Assembly (NCBI GenBank): GCA_051362555.1
Contig: CM120644.1
Coordinates: 1,868,954-1,932,953, forward strand
Length of the DNA stretch: 64,000 nt
Source: Lingula anatina
Taxonomy: Eukaryota; Animalia; Brachiopoda
Direction: 5' to 3'
The translations under genes were made by a program, and so were the position numbers. Positions within the stretch are counted from its first letter, which is position 1. The number at the start of each line of letters is the position of its first letter. Shown in pieces: positions 1 through 9,434 of this stretch. The notes under the pieces were generated by a model, which was not told the origin of the DNA, did no database searches, and was given only the letters and a program-made list of their open reading frames with translations.

Positions 1-1969
1 ATATTGTTAATTGACCTGCAATTGCTGTTGCATATCTTTTCCACTAGATGCTGAAAAAAATGTAATTTCCTCTTTCAAATAATAAGTACATTTTACACAC
101 ATGAATTCAAATTTAATAAAGCTTTCCCTGTGTTATTCAAGGAAAAAAATCAGAGCCAGCTTGTAATGCAGCAGTTGAAGAAAGTGTTTCAGTGCCTCGT
201 GCATCATCTGTCCCCCGTCTTACTCCCACCATCTCCAACCCTGTGCCCTCCATATCTCCCCACACCCATACCATATCCAACCCTGTGCCCTCCATAACTC
301 CCCACACGCATACCCTGTGCCCTCCATATCCATCCCCCCCCCCCCATCTGTCTCATTTAGTTTTTTAAATTAAGTCATGCTTTCTTTATTTATTGTTTAA
401 ATTCTCTTTCTTTCAGTGTATGTTATTAACAACTTGAAAATGGATGGGCCAGCAATTAAGCACACTATGAGTGCAAAAATTCACACTGCAAAGAGGGCCT
501 TAAAAAAGGTAGGAAAAGTATTTTTAACTGTGATTAGATTATACCATGCCTGCTAAATTTAATTTAGTTTTACTTAACAACATAAATCATATATATGTAT
601 ATATATAGGTGTTTTTATTAATGGAAACTACTAGAAGCTTACTTGACAAACTACCTGTGAGTGCAACAAATTTTACAAGAAATGTCAAGTTTTATTTTTC
701 TTGTCTTTCAGATGTGATATGGTGCTTGTATCCCAGTCGAAATTTGGTCTGACTTCTCTAGCGAGTGAAACAACAGCGGTGATATGTTTTCCAGAGATCA
801 ACTACAACCTGCCTGATCTCTACGTTTATTTCTCTGGCTGACAGATTTGGAGTCTCCTAGGACAGCAGGGACTATCTAGCTATCAGTTCAACTGACCAAA
901 CTCACTCTGAGCTCTTATACTAAGTTCTACTCCTTATATACTTATACACACAAAATACATTACAGTGAATCATTAACAGGATTGAGATATTGAAGCCAGT
1001 TAACAGAATTAAGACATATTACTAAGGACTCAATAATTAAACTCGGACTTCTTTAAACTTGGATGTAAATAAAGTTGTTGAATCCTCTTAAAGATTAAAG
1101 CATCCTTTATAGCTTGGTTACTGTTCTTTCCAATGAATAAAATGCATAAGCAGATTCACGTTGTATCATTATATCAGAGACATCTGAACAATCTTTACCA
1201 AATGTTGATTTAATTTGATTTAAATGTGCAAGTTTCTAAAATAAAATATTGAAAAATGTTTATGGTGTTTCTTACTGATATTCTGTGTGTGCTATTTTTT
1301 CATTCATTTGATAATTTTCTGTATGTGTTCTGCCAGCTGCACTATATGGCTAAAATACAGTAATAATATTTTGCTACTCCATGATTTCAAATATGGCATA
1401 CATGATTGAGATGTAATTTAAAAAAAAAACTGGCATAAATAAAAGCATAATCACTGGGTTAAATATTAGTTGTCAGTCTACTGCAATAGTGGTACTGCAG
1501 AAGAATGTTTTTTCGATTTTTTTTTTTTTTTTTTTGGGGGGGGGGGGGGGGGAGGGTTCCGGAAAAATTCGCGAGAACAGTTCTGGAGATTTTGCAGCAA
1601 ATTTGCAAGAAGGATTTCTTATGAGTTTGCAGAGCATTCGCAAGAACAGTTCTGGAGGGTTTGCAGCAAATTTGCAAGAACTTCTAGTGAATTTGCAGAA
1701 AATTCGCAAGAACAGTTCTGGAGAGTTTGCAGCAAATTCGCAAGAACTGTAGTAGAGAGTTTGCAGCAAATTCGCATGAATGGTTCTTGAGAGTTTGCAG
1801 CAAATTTGCAAGAAACCTGTGACAGATTCCCTTTTGTCATGCTGATTAAGTTTGTGGGGAGTTTGCAGCAAATTTGCAAGAGACTTAATTTACATGGTAA
1901 ATTTCCTCTTGCAAATTTGTTGCAAATTTGCAGCAACTGTTTGCAAGAAGCCTTAAATTTTGCTAAGGG
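1..1969 (-). mobile_element. CACTA/EnSpm-like DNA transposon, partial copy (runs off the window start), inserted in an intron of ACS copy 0
   Basis: Near-exact reverse complement of 48964-50934. It ends in ATTTTGCTAAGGG at 1969 and has TTGCAGCAAATTTGCAA subterminal repeats at about 1570-1950. The flank GTATTCATTACG matches the empty intron site in paralog B (about 47206). Confidence 0.8.
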
Positions 1970-2131
1970 GTATTCATTACGATCACAACTTTTTATCTGT
2001 ACTTTTTAATCATTTTTATTTCGATAATACTAATGGAATCTATGCACAGTGTACGACTGTATGCTGGCGTTATGTATGGTAGTGTTCGTGTGTATGTAGG
2101 AAATTAACTGCGTTGCTCTGTTTTTTCCCAG

Positions 2132-2560
2132 GCCCACCAAAAACCAAGATATCGCAGAGGACGAACTGCGAGCTCACTGTGAGAGGGAGGTAGGTGAAAG
2201 TCCATCGTGTTAGGTACACATACAGTATGCAGTGCACTGTTTTCCGTTACCAGATCATTGTAATGCAGAGAGCAGTTCTGAGACTATAAGTAATGGTGGG
2301 GATTTACGAAAGATGCCAAATGACCTATTAAAAAAATCAAAGAATAGGGCCCAGTGAGAGGAAACGGTCGCCATATGACGTCATTTAGACTACATGTATA
2401 TATGGTTTGTGTTCGGGCTTTCTGCTTACTGTACTATGGATATAACATCCCTCTAATTCCCCATTTCAGCTGTTGGATCACATGTGGCCGGACCACTATG
2501 TCGTCATGGAGACGTTCCCCAGGGTGGGGATCAGGCAAAAGGTGACTATGTTTTGACCTA

Positions 2561-2607
<47 letters not shown>

Positions 2608-2835
2608 GTCATGGAGACGTTCCCCAGGGTGGGGATCAGGCAGAAGGTGAGGCCGGAGAAAGTTGTTTAAAAGTGGCTGTGAGTTTTAATTATTTGAAAT
2701 AGTGAGCGTGTTTATGTGTGTCATCTCGCCTAGAGGTTTTTCCACACCTTAATGCATGAATAAAATATATGATTATTTACCCGTCATTTTTCTTGACTAA
2801 CGCCCATTTGCCACCCACTTATTTTAACTGAAGAC

Positions 2836-2881
<46 letters not shown>

Positions 2882-3082
2882 GATAGCTTTTCTTAAAGAA
2901 CAAAGGGGCATTGGATCTGTTTACGTAAACTGTTAAATATGTTTTTAAAGCTGCTTTATGTACTTCTTATCAGAGTATCAATAATTCTGTCATGTCAGGT
3001 ATCCAAAGAAGAACTCCTGAAAAATGCCAAGAAAATTCTCGTGGATTCCGGTAAATTGAAGTGGAGTGAGATGAACCAGTGA
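2132..3082 (+). CDS. Last three exons of acyl-CoA synthetase (ACSF2-like) copy 0
   Basis: Exons 2132-2189, 2470-2541 ([24 protein letters not shown]) and 2999-3082 ([27 protein letters not shown]), all GT-AG flanked and nearly identical to copy B exons 16-18. Confidence 0.8.
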
Positions 3083-3103
3083 AAACAGTGGCGACAAGAC
3101 AGG

Positions 3104-3320
3104 AGTAGTTACATCCGTACTATACGGGAGAAAAGAATTCCACTTTTTTCTTTTGTTATGTTACATCATTTGAACAATGAAAAACCTATACCGGACAATG
3201 GGGATGTTTACAAAATAAACAAACAATTTTTTTAATGTAAACAAACGAGACTCCCTATTTTTGTTTACGTTTCACTATGGTAACGGATGACGTCACAGAA
3301 CGGGCCTGGGCATGTAGGAG
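3104..3320 (+). repeat. Polinton left terminal inverted repeat
   Basis: Reverse complement of 17083-17299; two substitutions seen by eye. Confidence 0.95.
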
Positions 3321-3477
3321 TAATGTTTACGTTTTGTCATAGCGACGGATGACGTCAAGCGCAATTCTTTTGTTAGGCGTGTTGCATGTTCAGGCGTGCA
3401 ATTTGAAGGCTATATATGTTGGAATGGTCAAATCAAACTCCAATTCACTGACCTAAGTTGTACGTTCGAACATCAAA

Positions 3478-4353
3478 ATGTCGCAGTTCTTCAAACTTGG
3501 TGAAGATAGTCTGTTGTCGATATGCAGAAGCAAACAGGGGGTCCAGTTGGTCGTCTTCAGCGATTTGAAAACGTTGAACAAGATCCGGATGCCTCGAGAA
3601 GCATGGGAAGATTTTAAAAACACCCTGCCTTCCGTCCAAACTGCTATGTCTACCGATACTGAAATAGATGATCAGCTGGGGGAAAACTATAATGTCCGTG
3701 TGCTGTACGACATTGGTAAGGAGGAATCTGTGATGAAGCTAGCCTACGCACCGGTAAGTGCGTCGTATGAAGCGATGTACGATGTACAATTTGACAAACG
3801 CACATTGGAGACGTTGCTGACCAAAATGCCTGAAATCAATGCAGCGCTGGGTGAAATCCCACCGACAACAGTCAGCGAGGAGCCGGAAGAAAGTGATGAA
3901 AGAATGTTTGGAGCCGAAAACGATGTAGAAGCAGACGTAGTATTAATTCATCTCATTTACGTGAAGTTGATCGTGCAGGAAATAGAGGCCATGCGTTACA
4001 GGTACTGTACTGGGTGTATAGCCGCGCACGGTTCCCAAAAGCATCACATGGATGGGTGTATGGCCGACTGGTCAGTTTCGGTACATGTGTACTTCACCAG
4101 GGCAAAAGCTGCTGTAAGTCATGAGGTAATACTGAAGGCCTACAAGTTAATGAAGAAAAAACTGAGACAACAAGAAAACCCATACATACTTTCCGTCATC
4201 ATGACTGCATCGCTGCTGGAAGATTTTCGGAAAGACGTGGAGGAACCGAGCCATGCGTTATCCCCTGATACCGTCCTCGCTAGTATGGTCTACGATGTGT
4301 GCAAGATTGTATATGGCGAACATTTGTATAAGGCGATAAAAAAATCAGAATAA
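3478..4353 (+). CDS. Polinton ORF1: putative tandem PC4-like ssDNA-binding domains plus Cys/His Zn-binding motif (291 aa)
   Basis: ATG ORF with a TATA-like TATATA at about 3411. Two segments fit the PC4 pattern (FKLGEDSLLSI...IRMPREAWEDFKNTLPSVQTAM; QLGENYNVRV...VQFDKRTLETLLTKMPEINAAL). C-terminal motif CTGCIAAHGSQKHHMDGC. The ORF is secure; the domain call is inference. Confidence 0.6.
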   Translation: MSQFFKLGEDSLLSICRSKQGVQLVVFSDLKTLNKIRMPREAWEDFKNTLPSVQTAMSTDTEIDDQLGENYNVRVLYDIGKEESVMKLAYAPVSASYEAMYDVQFDKRTLETLLTKMPEINAALGEIPPTTVSEEPEESDERMFGAENDVEADVVLIHLIYVKLIVQEIEAMRYRYCTGCIAAHGSQKHHMDGCMADWSVSVHVYFTRAKAAVSHEVILKAYKLMKKKLRQQENPYILSVIMTASLLEDFRKDVEEPSHALSPDTVLASMVYDVCKIVYGEHLYKAIKKSE

Positions 4354-4450
4354 ACTTTGAATTGAACAGAAAAAGACGCCGTATAATCTGTGTAGAATTA
4401 ACAAAGTTTGCATGGACATTAGCTAGAAGTGTGCGATGAAAGAAGACATT

Positions 4451-4655
4451 TGATTGGTTGATTATGACATCATATCTAAAAATAGATTTATATATGGAAC
4501 GTTAATTTGATGTGATGAAGACAATTTGATAGTAAAGAGTTGTTTACAAACATTTCATTGATTAAAATAATATGCGATTTGATTGGTTGAAAAAATGTTA
4601 TTTGTTGTTAGCTGTAACGTGATTGGTTAGAAAAAATGTAATACATGATTGGTTG
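4451..4655. promoter_or_regulatory. Cluster of four inverted CCAAT boxes (TGATTGGTT) upstream of the BIR/integrase/capsid gene block
   Basis: TGATTGGTT at about 4451, 4580, 4620 and 4646, in the only long gap in the rightward gene block. Confidence 0.55.
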
Positions 4656-4730
4656 AAATAAACACACCGCTTACCCGAAAAATTACAAAAATGTGTTTGC
4701 GATCATTTTTCTTTATACTGAGTAGACAGA

Positions 4731-5198
4731 ATGGATGATGATCATCCGGAAACCGATTCCGAGTTGGGGGGTGTGCTATATGGACCGGTCATGCCATACG
4801 CAAAAGAAGAAGACCGAATTTTGAGTTTTCTTAATTGGCCGGGCAAACTACTTATCAACCCAATCCCTTTAGCCATTAGTGGATTTTACCGAGACCCACG
4901 AGCGTCTAGACACGATGATGTGGTTCGTTGTTTTTACTGCGATTTGTATCTAAAGAATTGGGACCCGCTGAGAGATGCCCCAGATGTCGAACACGAACGA
5001 CACTCTCCTCAATGCACGATGAGTACGGTTGGAAAAAGAATAAATCAACGATTTAATGTACCACTTACACCTAAAAAGCGATTTCAAATGGTTAGGCTTT
5101 TTGTGGTAGATGACACACTGCCCGTTGTACATACCGCCAGTACAGTGATGTCGCTACTAAATACCCATTACGATGAAACTGGTGGGAACTATAAATAG
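4731..5198 (+). CDS. Single-BIR-domain IAP/survivin-like protein (155 aa)
   Basis: EEDRILSFLNWP...LAISGFY...DVVRCFYC-x17-H-x6-C gives the BIR zinc-ligand pattern plus the RxxSF-WP and LAxxGFY hallmarks. No RING domain. Confidence 0.9.
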   Translation: MDDDHPETDSELGGVLYGPVMPYAKEEDRILSFLNWPGKLLINPIPLAISGFYRDPRASRHDDVVRCFYCDLYLKNWDPLRDAPDVEHERHSPQCTMSTVGKRINQRFNVPLTPKKRFQMVRLFVVDDTLPVVHTASTVMSLLNTHYDETGGNYK

Positions 5199-5259
5199 AG
5201 ATAGGATAAAGAAAGAAAACATTTAGCTTGTTGGAATTGATCCATAACTGTATGAGAAA

Positions 5260-6366
5260 ATGCCGCGTAAGAAAAAAACCAAGAAAGGGCAGAACAAAAC
5301 AGATGCATATCTGCATAGTTTGTATACCAACCCGTCAAACCCTGTAAGCTTTGGTGGTATGTTAAAACTGTATAATGCCGCACGAAAAGATGGTATGAAA
5401 ATCAGTCGTCAGCAAATCAAAGATTTTCTAGCCGCCCAAGATGTGTATACATTACATGCACCGGTTAGGAAACAATTCAGTACAAATCGCGTCATGGTGA
5501 ATTATATTGATGATCAATGGCAGGGTGATCTGGCAGACCTCAGTAAGATAGCAAAATACAATAAAGGAATGAAATTCTTGTTAACCGTGATTGATATATT
5601 TTCAAAATACGCATGGGCAGTTCCAATCAAATCAAAATCAGCGGACAATGTATTAGATGCGTTTAAAGGCATTGTTTCCGAAGGCAGAAAGCCACTGGTA
5701 CTTCAAACTGATGCAGGGACAGAATTTACAAATAGAAAATTTCAAGCGTACCTCAAGAGTCAAGGCATAGCTTTTTTCACAACAAAATCGGAAAGAAAAA
5801 GCTCTGTGGTTGAGCGTTTTAACAGAAGCATAAAGACCCGTTTGTACAGATATTTCACAGCAAACAGTACGTTAACGTATGTGACAGTCCTAAACGACTT
5901 GATGACAGGATACAACCATGCAAAACATCGAAGCATAAAGATGGCCCCAATCGATGTGAATCCACGAAATGCAAACATTGTGTGGAAAAACTTGTATGGA
6001 AAAGTAAAAATAGGGAAGTCGGGGTTTAAATTTCAAGTAGGAGATACTGTAAGATTAAGCAAAACACGCACCCCTTTTGCAAAAGGATACGAACAGGGAT
6101 GGACACAGGAAATATTTACAATATCAGAAAGATTAAACAGAACACCTCCTGTGTATAAGGTGAAAGATTACAATGGAGAGCAAATCGAAGGTGTCTTGTA
6201 CGAACCAGAAATGATTAAAGTTATTAAAACTGACGACGTGTATCGTATCGAGAAAATTTTAAAGACCCGTGGAAAGGGGAAAACTAGGCAGCTTTTTGTA
6301 AAATGGGTAGGTTATGATGATCGTTTCAATACTTGGGTAGATTCGAAGGATGTACAAAAAACATAA
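5260..6366 (+). CDS. Retroviral-like (rve) DDE integrase with C-terminal chromodomain (368 aa)
   Basis: Catalytic triad in WQGDLAD / LQTDAGTEF / VVERFNRSIK. C-terminal YRIEKILKTR...LFVKWVGYDDRFNTWV is chromo-like. Confidence 0.95.
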   Translation: MPRKKKTKKGQNKTDAYLHSLYTNPSNPVSFGGMLKLYNAARKDGMKISRQQIKDFLAAQDVYTLHAPVRKQFSTNRVMVNYIDDQWQGDLADLSKIAKYNKGMKFLLTVIDIFSKYAWAVPIKSKSADNVLDAFKGIVSEGRKPLVLQTDAGTEFTNRKFQAYLKSQGIAFFTTKSERKSSVVERFNRSIKTRLYRYFTANSTLTYVTVLNDLMTGYNHAKHRSIKMAPIDVNPRNANIVWKNLYGKVKIGKSGFKFQVGDTVRLSKTRTPFAKGYEQGWTQEIFTISERLNRTPPVYKVKDYNGEQIEGVLYEPEMIKVIKTDDVYRIEKILKTRGKGKTRQLFVKWVGYDDRFNTWVDSKDVQKT

Positions 6367-6404
6367 ATGTAACCGGTACCAGACAAAACACCTCATTTGA
6401 AAGG

Positions 6405-7136
6405 ATGGCGTCGTCTTTTCATGTTATCTTACCGTCAAACAGCAGCTTTAAGTATTTCCCTAACAACAGACCCGAGACATTCCAAACAAAACTGTCATCG
6501 TCACTTAATCTAGAAGGGGATTTTGAAGTCGCATTGGTTGAACTACAGTACCCATATTCGTGGAACAATATTCAGAACGGTGTCTTGACATATTACGACG
6601 GGGTAAAAACAAATACGTTAAACATTACTGCAGGGTATTATCCGACAGTTGGCGATCTAATAACTGCAATTCACGATCAGTTAACAGCTATTGGAAAAAC
6701 AAACATAACGTTGGGTTATAACATTATCAGCAGACGAGTTACAGTTCACTTGAAATCGGGGGCCTACATCGATGTTGCGGGAGACATGGCGACAATGCTA
6801 GGGTTTAAACCGAATGTCAGAGTTAATGCAGATACAATAGCCCCTTACCCTCCAAACATGACGTTAGGGTTCAATTCCCTCTACGTGTATACAGATATTA
6901 TACAAAATCAGATGGTAGGGGACGCTTCGGCAAATTTACTGAGGATTGTTGATATTAATGGTGTTTACGGACAAGTGGTCACAAAAACATTTGACAATCC
7001 CATTTACATCCCTCTAAATCGTCGTCATATTGACACAATTCGAATAGATATAAGTCGTGACACGGGTGAACTTGTGCAGTTTGATAGCGGGAAGGCTATA
7101 GCGACACTTCATTTTCGCAGAAAGAGTTTATTATAA
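6405..7136 (+). CDS. Minor capsid protein (penton, PX)
   Basis: ATG at 6405. FHVILPSNSS..YFPNN...F.T.L...L.LEG.FEVAL.E..YP and LYVYTDII..Q.VGD....LLRIV are typical of Polinton minor capsid proteins. Confidence 0.85.
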   Translation: MASSFHVILPSNSSFKYFPNNRPETFQTKLSSSLNLEGDFEVALVELQYPYSWNNIQNGVLTYYDGVKTNTLNITAGYYPTVGDLITAIHDQLTAIGKTNITLGYNIISRRVTVHLKSGAYIDVAGDMATMLGFKPNVRVNADTIAPYPPNMTLGFNSLYVYTDIIQNQMVGDASANLLRIVDINGVYGQVVTKTFDNPIYIPLNRRHIDTIRIDISRDTGELVQFDSGKAIATLHFRRKSLL

Positions 7137-7138
7137 AA

Positions 7139-7516
7139 ATGGATCCTGTATACGTAGCGTTAGTAAAAAGATACGAAGCACAGGTGGGCGGAGGGTCCAT
7201 TCATAAATTTAGAGGTACAAGGGTACAATCACGAATGCAAAGAGGCAATGGTAGGTTATTTCAACCTAGACACGCTGAAATATTGCATGTAGATAGACAG
7301 AATAACCCGAAACGCACAGAACAACCCGCAGTAAAGAAGAAACGTAAAAGAAGTCGTACTCCGAAGTCAAAACTTTATGTTAATGGTGACGTCATAAGGA
7401 AAACGTTAAACGCCATGACTATAAAAAAGAACAACACACCTAAAGCAACCAGAAGAGTAAAAGGTAGACGACCAAAACAGTCACGTTCATTCAAGGCACA
7501 AGAAACGAATTTTTAG
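7139..7516 (+). CDS. Small basic protein, putative virion core/DNA-condensing precursor (125 aa)
   Basis: YEAQVGGG..FRG....QRGNG glycine motifs and an Arg/Lys-rich C-terminal half; lies between penton and major capsid genes. Confidence 0.65.
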   Translation: MDPVYVALVKRYEAQVGGGSIHKFRGTRVQSRMQRGNGRLFQPRHAEILHVDRQNNPKRTEQPAVKKKRKRSRTPKSKLYVNGDVIRKTLNAMTIKKNNTPKATRRVKGRRPKQSRSFKAQETNF

Positions 7517-7518
7517 AC

Positions 7519-8838
7519 ATGAATAACACTGAAAATGATCCCATCGTCAGAACTGAACTGGATATATTTTCGAATATACGCGATCATATGCAGACCGATC
7601 TGTTATCGAGCTATTTTGAAGAAGTGAGACCTCTCACTGCGGTTGCAGATGTGAGCCCCGTAATAGAATTTGTCATTAAAGGAACACCCGACGAATATAT
7701 CGATACGACGCAAATCAACCTATACGTTGAAGGTCAAATTGTTAAAGCAGATGGAACTGACATCGATGCAGGACAAAACACGTCAGTTGTGAATAACACG
7801 CTACACTCCCTATTTACAGCGGTCGACGTAGAGTTGAATGACCATTTAATAACTGTGGGACAGAATACATATGCCTACCGCGCATACTTGGAAAATTTAT
7901 TGTATTATGGGAAAAATGCTAAAGAATCGCTTTTAACTTCGGAAATGTATTACCAAGATACCGATGGACTGATGGATGACGTTGATGTAGACGGAGACCC
8001 AGGGAATGAAGGATTTAAGGCTCGTAATTCTTGGTTTCAAAGGAGCAGGAGGGTTGAAATGTATGGACCGTTAAAAATTGACTTAGCCACTCAAAACAAG
8101 CTTCTTCTGAATCAAGTGGACGTACGAATCAAGTTGCGAAGGACGTCGCATGCATTTTGCCTTATGTCGGACACGGATGCACAAGAACAATTTCTGATCA
8201 AAAACATATCCCTTTTTGTAAGGAGAGTCAAAGTATCTGATCGGTTGAAACTGGCTCATGAGAACATATTAGCCAAACACGTAGCATGTTATCCCATGAC
8301 TAGAAGGGAAGTCAAAGTTATCAATTTACCCAATGGTGTAAGAACGGCTCATATTGACAATGCGTATTTTGGACGCATGCCTAAACGTATTCTTTTGGCT
8401 TTGTTGGAAGATGATGCTTTTTCGGGAGATTATACTAAGAATCCGTTTAATTTCAAACACAACGATTTAAGGCAACTTCGATTAATGGTGGCGGGGGAAC
8501 AAATACCATTCAAACCTTACAATTTTGATTTTAGTGTTCAAGGGGGGTTAAACTACTTAAGGGCGTATTATGATCTTTTGTCAGCAGTTGGAGCGGCAGA
8601 CGGAGAGCACAGCATCGATATTGATAGAACTCAATACCTGAATGGATATGTTTTATTCGCTCACGATCTAACCCCTGATCAAACCTTTGACAATTATATA
8701 ACTCCAACAAAGCAGGGTTCGCTTAACATCGATCTGGAGTTTGGACAACAGATTAACAATATCGTGTTGCTTGTCATGGCAGAATTTGATTCAGTTATCA
8801 AAATTGACCAACGTAGGAGCGTTTTTGTAGAATATTAA
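7519..8838 (+). CDS. Major capsid protein (double jelly-roll, PY; 439 aa)
   Basis: ELDIF...QT, IEFVI, VNNTLHSLF, YAYRAYLENLL, GRMPKRI, NPFNFKH and GYVLFAHDLTPD motifs are typical of Polinton major capsid proteins. Confidence 0.92.
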   Translation: MNNTENDPIVRTELDIFSNIRDHMQTDLLSSYFEEVRPLTAVADVSPVIEFVIKGTPDEYIDTTQINLYVEGQIVKADGTDIDAGQNTSVVNNTLHSLFTAVDVELNDHLITVGQNTYAYRAYLENLLYYGKNAKESLLTSEMYYQDTDGLMDDVDVDGDPGNEGFKARNSWFQRSRRVEMYGPLKIDLATQNKLLLNQVDVRIKLRRTSHAFCLMSDTDAQEQFLIKNISLFVRRVKVSDRLKLAHENILAKHVACYPMTRREVKVINLPNGVRTAHIDNAYFGRMPKRILLALLEDDAFSGDYTKNPFNFKHNDLRQLRLMVAGEQIPFKPYNFDFSVQGGLNYLRAYYDLLSAVGAADGEHSIDIDRTQYLNGYVLFAHDLTPDQTFDNYITPTKQGSLNIDLEFGQQINNIVLLVMAEFDSVIKIDQRRSVFVEY

Positions 8839-8841
8839 AAT

Positions 8842-9369
8842 ATGAATACGAAGCAAATAGAATGCATTCTTCAGACTGATCCGGTTACGAGAACATGTTT
8901 TCAAGGGGTGTTTGCATCAGACGCGTTGCCCAAAAAGATATGGACTTATCCAGCATGCCTCGTGGCTAATACGGATCCTCACGATAAACCGGGCGTGCAC
9001 TGGGTTGCTTTTTACTTTGATGAACAGGGACACGGAGAGTTCTTTGACTCTTATGCGAAATCACCTTATTATTACAACGCAGCTTTTAAACGTTTTTTAG
9101 ATGAAAACTCTTTATCTGGGTGGAATTGTAACACTAGGACATTACAGAGCCTGTATACCAAAGTGTGTGGACAATACTGTATATATTACTTGATGAATAG
9201 GTCTCGTGGAAAAAAATTAGAACAGATACTTAGTAAATTCACCAGCGACAAACAGTTTAATGATATATTAGTGTATGATTATGTTAATGCACATTGCAAC
9301 ATACCCTACTGTGTAAACGCGTGTTTTCAAGTTTGTAGATCAAAGAAGTCACTAGGAATATTGTATTAA
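8842..9369 (+). CDS. Adenain-like cysteine (maturation) protease (175 aa)
   Basis: NTDPHDKPGVHWVAF (His), EFFDSY (Asp) and LQ......CGQYC (Gln/Cys). Confidence 0.93.
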   Translation: MNTKQIECILQTDPVTRTCFQGVFASDALPKKIWTYPACLVANTDPHDKPGVHWVAFYFDEQGHGEFFDSYAKSPYYYNAAFKRFLDENSLSGWNCNTRTLQSLYTKVCGQYCIYYLMNRSRGKKLEQILSKFTSDKQFNDILVYDYVNAHCNIPYCVNACFQVCRSKKSLGILY

Positions 9370-9434
9370 ACACATTTATTCGAGTAATAATAAAAATACA
9401 GCTGTGCAAATATGTTTTATGTTATTATTTTATT
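9365..9434. terminator. Convergent polyadenylation region
   Basis: AATAAA on + at 9389-9394; TTTATT (AATAAA on -) at 9375-9380 and 9429-9434, between convergent ORFs. Confidence 0.5.

Noticed and set aside
1570-1800. CRISPR-like periodic repeat (also 57790-58195)
   Set aside because: No unique spacers and no cas genes; eukaryotic context; explained as subterminal tandem repeats.
1459-2009. Overlapping LLQIC/FAANLQ ORFs (also 48858-49478 and 58038-59276)
   Set aside because: These are translations of transposon subterminal repeats, open in several frames on both strands.
6333-6404. TTG-initiated N-terminal extension of the penton ORF
   Set aside because: It overlaps the integrase end; the ATG at 6405 directly precedes the conserved motif.
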